A stretch of DNA of 64,000 nt, taken from IMG/VR virus record IMGVR_UViG_3300042558_005646. One strand, written 5' to 3'. The notes under the pieces were generated by a model. It was not told the DNA's origin, made no database searches, and saw only the letters and a list, made by a program, of their open reading frames with translations. This document shows positions 8,646 through 19,132 of the stretch, in pieces. How positions within the stretch are numbered: the first letter of the stretch is position 1; each line of letters begins with the position of its first letter. This DNA comes from a virus. Position numbers and translations under genes: made by a program.

Positions 8646-9599
8646 TTATTTGTCGTCTTCAGTAAAATTTTCTAATTTATTCATTCTATTCTGCCAACCT
8701 GGGCCATAAACTGATTTTTGTGGTTTTCTCTTGATAATATCTTGATAATTGATACGTCTTTTTTGAATTAAGTTGCTAACTAACTGAGAATCACCAATTG
8801 TTCCAGCTGCCATCATTATCTGATTGACCATATTATTGTCAAATCTTGTATTTTGAATATCTAGTGTTTTAGCAACCAATGATGAAGCGCCAGATAATCC
8901 TGAATTTACAGCAAAATCAAAGATCGCAATAGCAGTTTTTGGGAAACTTTTATAAATAGTTTCACTTTTTGTTGGCACCCAATAATTATCAAAGTATATC
9001 TCTTTAGCTTCATCTACGGTAATATTACGAACGCTTTGTTTTTCCAAACCTTTATCAGATCTGTACTCGTCATACTCACTTTGGATTATTCCTAAGTTTG
9101 TTCTTGGATCTCCAGTGCTTGAATTATAGTCACTGTATCCGCCTTCAACATTTAGGATATATTTGATTGCATTCTTGAAACCACTACTATTTGGATCAAA
9201 TTTAACAGATTCATCTTGCATTTCAAAATCTTGAGTTTCATTTAAATCTTTGTACCATGATTGATTTTCTAGATTTTTCATAACTTCTAAATCAAAATTT
9301 TTATATTTTTCCTTATCTTCAAGTTTCATGTCTTGTATTTTGTCTTGAAGTTTTTTCTTAACTTCCATCTCAATTCGTTTTTTTGAAATGTTTTTATTCT
9401 TTGTATACATGTCAAAAGCAAAACCTGTAAAGTATTTCATAACTGTGTCAGGATCGTTATATGTTTCTCCTTCAGTTATGTCAAAAGGTAATTCTTTTTG
9501 AGATATTTTTATAAGGGTATTTGTAATTTCATCTGCTTTTGAATAAGAACCAAGCTTATCAAGTTTATTAGCTAGTTTTGCCAACGTAAGATATTTCAT
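8646..9599 (-). CDS. Glycoside hydrolase family 108 (TtsA-like) peptidoglycan hydrolase with ~130-aa N-terminal extension
   Basis: ILNVEGGYSD...DPRTNLGI; EAKEIYFDNYW; AIFDFAVNSG; C-terminal GPGWQNRM (PG-binding_3-like). Confidence 0.85.
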   Translation of the reverse strand: MKYLTLAKLANKLDKLGSYSKADEITNTLIKISQKELPFDITEGETYNDPDTVMKYFTGFAFDMYTKNKNISKKRIEMEVKKKLQDKIQDMKLEDKEKYKNFDLEVMKNLENQSWYKDLNETQDFEMQDESVKFDPNSSGFKNAIKYILNVEGGYSDYNSSTGDPRTNLGIIQSEYDEYRSDKGLEKQSVRNITVDEAKEIYFDNYWVPTKSETIYKSFPKTAIAIFDFAVNSGLSGASSLVAKTLDIQNTRFDNNMVNQIMMAAGTIGDSQLVSNLIQKRRINYQDIIKRKPQKSVYGPGWQNRMNKLENFTEDDK

Positions 9600-9639
9600 C
9601 AATAAATCTCCAAATTACTAAATCCTTTATAAAAGGTAT

Positions 9640-10629
9640 ATGTCCAATGAATTTGACCCTAAAAAAATAATAGATTTTAATAAAGATTACTATTTTATTT
9701 TGGGATTGGTAAAAGAGGACCTCCCAACAGGTAAATCAAGATCAGAAATTATCAAAACATCAGAAGTTTTAGAAAAAGCTTTTAGAATTAAAGCAAGAAA
9801 ATGTCATCCTGATTTTGGTGGGTCCAGTGAACAATTTTTAGACATTGTGCGAGCTAGAAGAATTTTGGAAGATCCTTTGCTTAAAAAAATTTATGATCAA
9901 GGGTTTTTCGAAGAATATATTGTATCTGATGAAAACGAAAATTTTAAAGTAGACTGGACCAAAGTAGGTACATACCGCAAAGGTACTCCAGAAGATACCA
10001 TTGGGTTCAGTTTGTTCTTAAAATTATGCGAGATTAAGAATAACTTAAATATTGTTCCAGCATTCTTTCCATCTTCAAACGAACACAATTATGAATGGGA
10101 TTTTGTTATAAAAGACCATGACAAAACTAAACTTGTAATTTCAATAGTTAATGATGAGAATGAAGTATTAAGATTAACAACAAATGAAGATGTTGACAAA
10201 GCACTTCCATTTAAAATTTATATTTGTATACCAAAAGCAAATTTATATTTCCTAAGAGAAGAAAATGCTGTTGTATCTCCTGATGGAAAAAAACTTATCA
10301 ATGGCAATATAACAAAAGCTGCGTATAGTGATTTGGATTTATTAGAAACTACAAATCTATCTACTGCAAATGATTATATTGAACATAAATTATTAGAAGA
10401 TTTGCGAAAATACAATACTGGTGAGTTGAAAGCAAAAGTAAACGTCAATCAAGCAATGATGATGGATAGTGAATCAATGAAAGAGTTTGATAAAAATAAA
10501 CTTTCAGAAATATTAAACATTAGAAAATTCATTTATAACAATGACGAACAAGCTGCAGAATTTCTTGAGAATATAGACAAATCTAGACCTGTTTTTAAAA
10601 AATCAGCCAAGCCTGAATTGCCTTTATAG
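9640..10629 (+). CDS. J-domain (class C DnaJ-like) protein with an unknown C-terminal domain
   Basis: DYYFILGL...KAFRIKARKCHPDFGGSSEQFLDIVRARRILEDP..KKIYD. Confidence 0.85.
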   Translation: MSNEFDPKKIIDFNKDYYFILGLVKEDLPTGKSRSEIIKTSEVLEKAFRIKARKCHPDFGGSSEQFLDIVRARRILEDPLLKKIYDQGFFEEYIVSDENENFKVDWTKVGTYRKGTPEDTIGFSLFLKLCEIKNNLNIVPAFFPSSNEHNYEWDFVIKDHDKTKLVISIVNDENEVLRLTTNEDVDKALPFKIYICIPKANLYFLREENAVVSPDGKKLINGNITKAAYSDLDLLETTNLSTANDYIEHKLLEDLRKYNTGELKAKVNVNQAMMMDSESMKEFDKNKLSEILNIRKFIYNNDEQAAEFLENIDKSRPVFKKSAKPELPL

Positions 10630-10704
10630 TAGGGCTGAATCAGCATAAAAAAGAAAACAACATTGTGATTACAAAATCAACAAAAATGCGAGGAGACCAA
10701 TAAT

Positions 10705-12072
10705 TTGGCAAAGCATATTTACATCATCGACACTTGTGTCTTACTTCACGATCCCCTTGCTCTTTACAAATTCGGTGACAATGATATTTATATCCCATTA
10801 GCTGTCATCGATGATTTGGACGACATCAAGACAAGAAAAGAAAATGTTGGATGGTCAGCCAGACAAGTATTTAGAAATTTAGAACACTACTCTCTTCAAG
10901 ATCTTCTCAAAGGCGTAAAGATCAATGAGCTTGGAGGAAGATTGTTTGTCTACAATACAGAGTCTCCTTTACAAAAAAATGAAAGACCTAATATTGTTAA
11001 AGTCCACTCTGATAATGCAATTATAGAATGTTGCTTGGCTCTTAAGTCAGCAAATCCTAGAAAAAAGGTTGCAATTATTACAAAAGATACCGGATTAAGA
11101 ATTCGTGCTATTACTTGGGGCTGTGCAGCTGAAAATTATAGAGCAGATCAACTTTCTGATGAAATTTACACTGGTTTAAGAAAATTTGAACTTACCAATC
11201 AAGAAGATTGGAACTATCTATGGTCTGATAACGAAATTGAACTTAAAAAATTATCCGAAGATACAATTAATAAACTTGGCGACATATATCCAAATGAATT
11301 CATTTTATTCCATTACGGAGAAAATATTTGCCCAACTCTTTATAAGAGAGGTATTTTCAAGGTTCTAAAAGAAAAATCTAACGCAAAAGAGACTAGAGGG
11401 TATTCTGGAGTTCAAGGTAAAAACTTAGAACAAAAATGTGCTTTAGAAATTTTAGCTGACTTGACAATTGCTCTTGTCACTCTTTCTGGCCCAGCAGGTA
11501 CAGGTAAATCATTCTTAGCTTTGGCTGCTGCATTACAAATGATAAATGAAGGTATTTATGACAAAATTGTTGTTATGAAGCCTTTGATTCCAGTTGGTGG
11601 TAAAGATATTGGTGCTCTTCCTGGAGATAAATTTGATAAGATTTCAGCATGGCTTGGTCCAATCAAAGACAATATCGATCAAATATTAGGATCTAAGTCT
11701 CTTTCTGCAAACAATATGTTTGAAGAAATGGTTAGAGATGGAATCATTGAAGTAGAAGCTATGGCGTTCATTCAAGGCCGTTCCATCCCAAGATCTATCA
11801 TTATTCTTGATGAAGCTGAAAATATTTCACCTAGAGAAGCAAGGATGGTAGTAGAAAGATGCGGAAAAGACAGTAAAGTCATCCTTCTTGGCGATCTTTC
11901 ACAGGTCGAAAATCCTTATCTTGACGCTAAATCCAATGGCCTTTCTCATGCTATATCTGGTGGTAAGAAAAGTGATCTCGTTGCATCTGTCACATTGAGC
12001 AAGGTCGAAAGATCTGAATTAGCTGCTGTAGCTAGTGAAATTTTCAATAGACCAGAAGCTAGAAGAAATTAG
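10705..12072 (+). CDS. phoH: PIN-PhoH fusion (PhoH2/YlaK-like)
   Basis: PIN: IIDTCVLLHD, DDLD, DNAI, TKDTGLR; ATPase: GPAGTGKS, LPGDKFDK, GRS, ILDEAEN, LGDLSQVE; TTG start with GAGGAG SD. Confidence 0.9.
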   Translation: MAKHIYIIDTCVLLHDPLALYKFGDNDIYIPLAVIDDLDDIKTRKENVGWSARQVFRNLEHYSLQDLLKGVKINELGGRLFVYNTESPLQKNERPNIVKVHSDNAIIECCLALKSANPRKKVAIITKDTGLRIRAITWGCAAENYRADQLSDEIYTGLRKFELTNQEDWNYLWSDNEIELKKLSEDTINKLGDIYPNEFILFHYGENICPTLYKRGIFKVLKEKSNAKETRGYSGVQGKNLEQKCALEILADLTIALVTLSGPAGTGKSFLALAAALQMINEGIYDKIVVMKPLIPVGGKDIGALPGDKFDKISAWLGPIKDNIDQILGSKSLSANNMFEEMVRDGIIEVEAMAFIQGRSIPRSIIILDEAENISPREARMVVERCGKDSKVILLGDLSQVENPYLDAKSNGLSHAISGGKKSDLVASVTLSKVERSELAAVASEIFNRPEARRN

Positions 12073-12086
12073 TATTGGTAGTATAA

Positions 12087-15000
12087 ATGTCCCACGCTTT
12101 CATTTGGTCTGAAGTAAACGCTGATAATTCACAATCTGAAATTTATAGAGAAATTTCAAGTGCTGGATTTGGTACTAACATATCTGGCACTTGGAATAAA
12201 AAATTATTCAGATTAAAATGGATAAACACAAATGTTGATGACATCAGACTTTGGATTGACAATGAGTTTGCGGACATTTATACTAACCAGCATTATCCAG
12301 TAGTTAAAAATACTGATAATATTAAATTACTTCAAGATCTAGGTTTTGATATAAGATTTACACTATTTGATTCATTCATAATCAATAAACTAAATGCTGA
12401 CGTTGGAACAGTGTCTAATTTATCTTCAGCAACAATTGGTGGAACAAGTGTACTATTTGCTTCTACATATATTGATGGAGTTAAATTAGACAGTTCAAAA
12501 GTAGTTCTTGTAAGATCTCAATCATCAGCATTTCAAAATGGACTTTACAGAGTATCTTCACAAGTCGGTAGTGGGACTGTAGGGGCAATAGTAGCAGAAG
12601 ATGTACTTACAGCAGCAAAGATCGTAGGAGTAGGAACATCTTCATATTATCTTTACAGTCCATACTTAAATCCTTTTGAAACAGCATCTGCAGGTTCAAC
12701 TTCCTTTATTTGGGTTGACAGAACAAACAGATATGCATTAGCTGCTGTAAATTGTGCTACGACCTCAAATTTACAGCAATCATCTACTGGATTAACAAAT
12801 TCATCTTTGGTTTTAGACAATTTTACTTTATCTTTAAATAATAGAGTACTCGTCAAAGATCAAACCACAAAATCACAAAACGGTATTTATTACGTTTCAA
12901 GTTTAACAAAACCAAATTCTTCTTCACTTATAGATCCATACACTAGCACTGAAACAGCTGATGATTTTTGGAAAACTGCAATAAATTATATTAATGCAAA
13001 TTTGCCAGTAAACGTTCAATTTGTTAATGCTGGTGTTGCAAAAAGTGGAGGTTATTTTAGATACTATTCAGCTATTGGTCTTACAGGTGGAATAGCTTCA
13101 ACAGCGTCTATGAAATGGACAGATGCTACATATAATTATGGTCATTCTAATGTTGATTATTATTATGAAGTTACAACTGGAAGTGCAATAGGCTTCAGCT
13201 TTGATTTCGGATCAAACACCGGAACACTAACTAGCACACCTAGAACGATTACAAATTACTCAGGTGTTGCAACAACATTATCTACATCAAACAGAATACT
13301 TGTCAAGCATTACAACAATAATTACAGCGGAATTTACACAGTTTCAAATGTAGGTTTTGGAAGTACTGGATTGTGGGTAAGAGCTTCTGATTTTAATGAA
13401 CCATCTGAAATAAATCAAAATATAGTTTATGCAGTGAATTCTAAAAATAGTCTTGGCGGAAATGTTTGGTTCTTGGGTAAATCTACAACTTACAACTCAA
13501 CGTTTAAGCTTAATTTTGATGGAATTAATATTCAAGAAAGATTTTATCCTTATACCTATGAACCTGTAACTAATTTGATTATTACAAATCAAACTGACTT
13601 AACAAATGTAAGCCAAGTTGATTTTGTAAATTCAGGAATAGCAATATCACAAAGAGTACTGGTATCAGGTCAAACGGCATATCCATCACAGAATGGAATT
13701 TATAGAGTTGCTTCAGTTTGTGATACTGTACTTGGACTTGAATTTTCAACTGATTATTCAGTTTTACGTGGAAGTATTACCACAATAACAAACGGTACTA
13801 CAGGGGCTGGTACTACTTATTTCTTGTATGCCCCTGGAACTCAAACTGCAGCAGGTTCAATAGGTGTTACTTGGGTCAATATCACAAATCAAAATAATTT
13901 ATTTGTGACTGCTTCAACAACTGTAGATAAATTTGATTCTACTTATTTATCGCCAACAAATTTTGATGTTCCTGTTGCAATTGGTACATCTGTTCTTGTA
14001 AATACAAGTAACGAGTTGGTAAATGGAGTTTATTCAGTAACAGCAATTGGAGCTTCAACTAAACAAGTTTTCAAATATGATAATAGTTTATCATCGTGGA
14101 CTCAAAATATTTTTACAAATATCTTGTCTAACAACAACAATGGTACTTATGCAGTATCACCAAATTTAAAAAAACAAATATCAGGAATTATGCAAATAGC
14201 GTCCATTGCTTCAACACATTATGGCGAAATATTTGTTCCTGAAATTCTTTTCCCATCATTTCAAAATTATGAAAACTACTTTAGCACCGAAGGCAAAGGT
14301 AGTTCAATTCTTCAAGAATTAGATTTTGATTGGTATGAGCAAGATTATCAAAAGTATAATGTCAAAGCAGTATTTATGGTCAATTCTTCGACCAGCATAC
14401 CTACAACATCAGGAACTGCAATTTCGAGCTTGATAAGAAGCTCTAGTGGCAGCGGAGTTACTTTACTTGATGTAAATGATAGCGTAATTGTTTTTGTCGG
14501 CACTGGATATTCATCATCAAGTATCTCTAATGGAATTTACAGGCCAACATTTACTGGCATTGGAAGCGTATATTTTACACCACACGAAGATTTTTATTAT
14601 AATTCTAAGTTTACCCTTGGAACAGATCAAAAATCATTAGCATCTCCATATGAAAGGCCTACTTTGGTCAAAATTGATTATGGCTATATGGGAGTTGGCA
14701 CAACTTTTTCTTATGACAAAGTTTACATGCAATCAGAAGTTGGAATTAGGCAGGGTACTTTTGGAAGCGATTATGCCACATCTGATTTAGACAAATATTT
14801 ACATACCGGAAGTGAAGTTTTTTATCAAGGTTCAGAAATTAGACTAAATGCCAATCAATTAGATGTAGCGAATTTCCCAAGATTAGCGCCGATACAACAT
14901 ATTCTTGCTGCAGATGTTACTTTAGATTCAGTAACTTCAGATATCTTACTTGTCAGAAGAAATGGTGTGCAACTTTATAGCAATATAAGTGGCGACTCAA

Positions 15001-17912
15001 TACAGTATCCATATGAAATCAATGACAGAGTATTTTATTATGTCAGCAGTGAGGATGAATATAACTCCACTGTACGAAAATCAACAAGTGGAATTTATCA
15101 AATTGTAAGTATTGACGCAAACTTCAATTATTACTTAAGAAAAATAAAATACAATTCAATAAATGGCCATCTTGATCATGCCAAAAATTTAGTAAGACAC
15201 TCATCTTCATTTGGAAATACAATTTATCTTGCAAGACCAGAATCAACTAGTGATGTTTACACATGGTCTACATCTAATTATCCAGATGCCTTAATAGATG
15301 TCTTTGTTGTTTCAACTGGTGGAACTGTAATTTCAAAGACTTATAGCACTGATTTCACCGTAGATGCAAAAAATGGGATCTTAAATACTTCAGGTTCAAG
15401 CTGGACAGGTACATTGTATGCCTATCTTTACAAAGATTCAACTGTTCCAAAATATGACGAAAATCCAAAACAAACATTAAATAGATATTATTACATTCCT
15501 CAAGTATTACGTGATAAATTATTCTTGCTTTCACCTAATCCAAAATTATCAGGATCTTGGAATGTTGATTCACAAAACTTCCAAATTGTAAATATTATTG
15601 GAACAGCCACAACTTCAGAAGTCAAATACAACAGAGATAGAAGTTCTTGGATTTCTTCATTCAACTCAAGCAATAATTATGCATCCAATGCTAATATTAT
15701 TGTTGAAAATGAATCTGTCACTGATTATTTCTTGACGAGTAGGCTATCACAAGACGGATATTATATTCAAACTGGACTAGGAAATAGCTCTACATTTAGT
15801 GGTAATTTTACAGATCCTGTAACTTTGAATTCAATTGGGCTTTTTACTGGTGATGTTTATCTAGAAAAAGCTTATCAACCATCTGGAATTGCATTAACAT
15901 CCTGGTATTCTGGACTAGGACTTTCTGCAAACACAAATGTATTAGTTTTGAAAAATAAAACTACATCAGATTATTCAGATGCCACCATTGATTCAACTTT
16001 AACTACAACATATTACGATGATATCAATAGATTAGTCACACATAACAAAGCTGGTAAGCGTGATCAAAAACTTTACACCTTTAAGAGATCAGAAATACAA
16101 GAAGTAACAATGGCTTATAGTTCAGCTTTTGGATCTTCACTTTATCCAACCACAGTAAGGCTTTCAAATTCAGCTGGATTCGGAACATTCTGTTTGTATT
16201 TTGATCCTTTAAGCACAAATATAAATACTTCAGCTAGATCTTGGATTGATGTAAGCACTAGGACTACTTTTGCAGCTGCAGTAGGAAATACTGGCAATAT
16301 TCCAAATTTCAATGATATTACATATATCCCTGTAATTGGTCCTATGGGAGCTCCGTCTGGGTCTGGTGCTACAGCTATGATAGATGGCTACAATATACAA
16401 GTTGGCGATAAAGTTGCAATCAAATTTCAATCTGATAGTACAAAAAATGGAATATACACAGCCGTTCTTAACAACAAGTTTGTGTTATCAAGAACGGCAG
16501 ACTTGGATGCCACTAATGAATTATATGCGCTTGGAAGAGTGGTATACAACAACAGGACATACGAATTAAATCTTCCCGAAGACTCAACTGCTTATAACCT
16601 TGGTGCCTCAGCATTAAACACACCATTGTTCTGGCGAAGTGTAGGGGCTGAACATGTAATTGATGTAGCCGGATTGGGCCATACAAACTTTGCTAATTTA
16701 CAAGCATTGCCAGATGTAATCAATGGAGTGTCAACTTTACAAAATGACAAAGTATTGTTCATCAATCAAACAACTAGCTCTGAAAATATTGTAGCAAGAA
16801 TTAACAAAAAAACTGAGCCTAATTTGATAAGAGTTGGCAATGGAACTTCAACAACAGAATTTCAAATTGCAAGTTTGTACGTAAATGATTCAAATAGAAA
16901 TATCAACTACGAACTTTATTATAATCCCTCAAATACATCTGTAGGCTCTGACAATATACAGTGGTTCCAGCAAGGACTAATTAGTAATTTCACAGCTTGT
17001 TCATTTGCTAGCACATCAAACTTGACATTGAATTCCAATCTTAATATCCCTAATTCACAAAAGGGAGATAGATTGTTAGTAAAAAATCAAAGTGATAATT
17101 TGCAAAATGGAATTTATGTCATTGATGAAGTTGTGACAAACTATTTGAATAGACATGAGCTTTTGGATAATTCATCTGAAATATCAATTAATAAAAGAGT
17201 AATTGTATCAAGTGGAAATGCTACGACAGGAACTTATGCGCTTGTGTACAATGAAAGCGGAACTCCTACTATGGATTCTACAAATTTATATTGGGTAAAA
17301 GTAAATACCAATTCATATCTAACAAATGCAAAAGTAGCAACAACATCGGAGATTTCATTGACAAATCCTCCAAGCAAAGTAGACGAAGTTATTTTGCAAA
17401 AATATGACAGAATTTTGGTAAAAGATCAAACTAATAAAACAACAAATGGTGTTTACGTAGTTTCATCGATAGGCTCATCTAACATTTGGACTAGAGCTAC
17501 TGACTTAGACAATAGTGCAGAATTGTTGCCTCAATTGTCTATACAAGTCGGATATGGAACAACAAATGCTGACAAAAATTTCAGAATAAAATTACCAATT
17601 CCTAGTACAATTACAAACACTCAAACAACTGCTTATAACTTAGGTACAGACAATATTGATTGGATTGATACTGCTAATTTCCAATTATATAATTCATCTC
17701 CTGAAACTTGGCAACCACTGACTTCAGGATATGATAATGCTGTATATCTTGGTGGAGCAACTTTGGGAATTGATCAAACTGCAAAGAGCAAAAGTTTTGG
17801 AATTGCAATAAAAACTCCAAGTACAACAGCTCTTTCAGCAAACAATATTACTTTAAACGGGCAAGTAAGAAACATGAAATTCAAAGTAGAATACTTAATA
17901 GCAAAAGATTAG
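12087..17912 (+). CDS. Giant Ser/Thr/Asn-rich virion (tail/baseplate/fibre-like) protein with tandem VLVK[DN]Q...NG[IV]Y modules
   Basis: 1941-aa ORF with about 9-11 copies of the module; beta-rich composition. Confidence 0.75.
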   Translation: MSHAFIWSEVNADNSQSEIYREISSAGFGTNISGTWNKKLFRLKWINTNVDDIRLWIDNEFADIYTNQHYPVVKNTDNIKLLQDLGFDIRFTLFDSFIINKLNADVGTVSNLSSATIGGTSVLFASTYIDGVKLDSSKVVLVRSQSSAFQNGLYRVSSQVGSGTVGAIVAEDVLTAAKIVGVGTSSYYLYSPYLNPFETASAGSTSFIWVDRTNRYALAAVNCATTSNLQQSSTGLTNSSLVLDNFTLSLNNRVLVKDQTTKSQNGIYYVSSLTKPNSSSLIDPYTSTETADDFWKTAINYINANLPVNVQFVNAGVAKSGGYFRYYSAIGLTGGIASTASMKWTDATYNYGHSNVDYYYEVTTGSAIGFSFDFGSNTGTLTSTPRTITNYSGVATTLSTSNRILVKHYNNNYSGIYTVSNVGFGSTGLWVRASDFNEPSEINQNIVYAVNSKNSLGGNVWFLGKSTTYNSTFKLNFDGINIQERFYPYTYEPVTNLIITNQTDLTNVSQVDFVNSGIAISQRVLVSGQTAYPSQNGIYRVASVCDTVLGLEFSTDYSVLRGSITTITNGTTGAGTTYFLYAPGTQTAAGSIGVTWVNITNQNNLFVTASTTVDKFDSTYLSPTNFDVPVAIGTSVLVNTSNELVNGVYSVTAIGASTKQVFKYDNSLSSWTQNIFTNILSNNNNGTYAVSPNLKKQISGIMQIASIASTHYGEIFVPEILFPSFQNYENYFSTEGKGSSILQELDFDWYEQDYQKYNVKAVFMVNSSTSIPTTSGTAISSLIRSSSGSGVTLLDVNDSVIVFVGTGYSSSSISNGIYRPTFTGIGSVYFTPHEDFYYNSKFTLGTDQKSLASPYERPTLVKIDYGYMGVGTTFSYDKVYMQSEVGIRQGTFGSDYATSDLDKYLHTGSEVFYQGSEIRLNANQLDVANFPRLAPIQHILAADVTLDSVTSDILLVRRNGVQLYSNISGDSIQYPYEINDRVFYYVSSEDEYNSTVRKSTSGIYQIVSIDANFNYYLRKIKYNSINGHLDHAKNLVRHSSSFGNTIYLARPESTSDVYTWSTSNYPDALIDVFVVSTGGTVISKTYSTDFTVDAKNGILNTSGSSWTGTLYAYLYKDSTVPKYDENPKQTLNRYYYIPQVLRDKLFLLSPNPKLSGSWNVDSQNFQIVNIIGTATTSEVKYNRDRSSWISSFNSSNNYASNANIIVENESVTDYFLTSRLSQDGYYIQTGLGNSSTFSGNFTDPVTLNSIGLFTGDVYLEKAYQPSGIALTSWYSGLGLSANTNVLVLKNKTTSDYSDATIDSTLTTTYYDDINRLVTHNKAGKRDQKLYTFKRSEIQEVTMAYSSAFGSSLYPTTVRLSNSAGFGTFCLYFDPLSTNINTSARSWIDVSTRTTFAAAVGNTGNIPNFNDITYIPVIGPMGAPSGSGATAMIDGYNIQVGDKVAIKFQSDSTKNGIYTAVLNNKFVLSRTADLDATNELYALGRVVYNNRTYELNLPEDSTAYNLGASALNTPLFWRSVGAEHVIDVAGLGHTNFANLQALPDVINGVSTLQNDKVLFINQTTSSENIVARINKKTEPNLIRVGNGTSTTEFQIASLYVNDSNRNINYELYYNPSNTSVGSDNIQWFQQGLISNFTACSFASTSNLTLNSNLNIPNSQKGDRLLVKNQSDNLQNGIYVIDEVVTNYLNRHELLDNSSEISINKRVIVSSGNATTGTYALVYNESGTPTMDSTNLYWVKVNTNSYLTNAKVATTSEISLTNPPSKVDEVILQKYDRILVKDQTNKTTNGVYVVSSIGSSNIWTRATDLDNSAELLPQLSIQVGYGTTNADKNFRIKLPIPSTITNTQTTAYNLGTDNIDWIDTANFQLYNSSPETWQPLTSGYDNAVYLGGATLGIDQTAKSKSFGIAIKTPSTTALSANNITLNGQVRNMKFKVEYLIAKD

Positions 17913-17975
17913 TAAAGGTATAACCCGCTACAATTTAAAAATATAGTAATAAGAATTTATCAAGAGAGATAAAAT

Positions 17976-18452
17976 ATGCAAAATTTAGAGTCCCAGATAC
18001 ATACACTTTTAGAAGATATTGCTCCTGACGTTCATTCACATGAAGAACAAGCTAAAATTATAGCATTGGCATCAGCTACAATTTCTAAAAAATTCAATTC
18101 TAGACGTTTTGCAAAAACAAACAATAGAGTTATAGAAGCACAAATGACAGACGCAATTCTTGTTGCTATGTCCACTTTATCATCTTGGGACAATGATGAA
18201 GAAGATATATTTGATGGAAGGGGTCTTTCAGCTTCCCAACTTATAAGAAGAGTTGCAAACACTACAAAACCAAACTGGGGACAAATGGATATCTTAAATC
18301 CAGATGTTATTGAAGATACATTTTCATTTGAAGAAGATGATGAACCAGAATCAGAAACAAAATTAGAGAATGCTCAACAAACTACAGAAGCATTTGACAC
18401 TCCTGGTAGAGGCAGACATCGCTCTGATTTTATTTCAGCCCCAATAAGATAA
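17976..18452 (+). CDS. Acidic hypothetical protein
   Basis: 158-aa ORF; contains RFAK and VIEAQ. Confidence 0.7.
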   Translation: MQNLESQIHTLLEDIAPDVHSHEEQAKIIALASATISKKFNSRRFAKTNNRVIEAQMTDAILVAMSTLSSWDNDEEDIFDGRGLSASQLIRRVANTTKPNWGQMDILNPDVIEDTFSFEEDDEPESETKLENAQQTTEAFDTPGRGRHRSDFISAPIR

Positions 18453-18455
18453 AAA

Positions 18456-19034
18456 ATGAAATATATTAAAATTTCTCAAATGCCCATGGATCCATTAGCT
18501 GGTATGGCTATGCCAGCAGCTCCTATGGCTATGCCTGTTGCACCAACTGCTCCTCCTTCAGGTCAGAAACAAATATTAGTACCTTTGGCAAACTTAGGCC
18601 TAATATTGGCAGATGCTGAAATAGAAAAGAAATTATTAGAGCAACTTGAAGATAACGAACAAGGAATTGCCAACGATATTTGGATTCAATATGGTGGAGT
18701 CGAAGACGGTGGTGTTGATAAAGAAAAAAGAGGCAAGAGAAAAGAAACCGAAGAAGCTACCGAAGAAGAAATTAAGAGAACTGATAAAACTAGGTGGGAA
18801 AGATTGCCTGAGGGTCAAAACTTATTAGATCTTGAAATTACTCTTGATGATTTTGCCAATGCCGTGAAATTTTTATCTTTTGGTTTTGCCAAAAATAAAG
18901 GAAAAGAGCAAGGTGCTGGAGCAGCTGGTGGTGGGATGCCTGGAATGGCATCAAGAAAACTAGAAAATATGGTAAAATTAGCCCATAATTTTGATTTATT
19001 GGGTATGTATAGTGTAGCGGATCGTATCTTGTAG
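18456..19034 (+). CDS. Hypothetical protein with N-terminal KISQ and C-terminal KLAHNFDLLGMYSVAD motifs
   Basis: 192-aa ORF with Pro/Met/Ala-rich and Gly-rich linkers. Confidence 0.7.
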   Translation: MKYIKISQMPMDPLAGMAMPAAPMAMPVAPTAPPSGQKQILVPLANLGLILADAEIEKKLLEQLEDNEQGIANDIWIQYGGVEDGGVDKEKRGKRKETEEATEEEIKRTDKTRWERLPEGQNLLDLEITLDDFANAVKFLSFGFAKNKGKEQGAGAAGGGMPGMASRKLENMVKLAHNFDLLGMYSVADRIL

Positions 19035-19058
19035 AAAATAGCAAAATTCGCTTGTTTT

Positions 19059-19067
19059 TGGTATAAT
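19059..19067 (+). promoter_or_regulatory. Extended -10 sigma70 promoter (TGGTATAAT) for gyrBA
   Basis: Perfect TGnTATAAT about 65 nt upstream of the gyrB ATG. Confidence 0.65.
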
Positions 19068-19098
19068 GCTGTGATAATCTAAATCACAGCATTTTTTT
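19065..19098 (+). terminator. Intrinsic terminator-like hairpin (11-bp stem plus T-tract) overlapping the gyrB -10 element
   Basis: AATGCTGTGAT-aatctaa-ATCACAGCATT-TTTTT, 30 nt after the 19034 stop. Confidence 0.65.
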
Positions 19099-19132
19099 AT
19101 GCCTGTATTTGGAATTAAGCGAAGGAAAGCAA

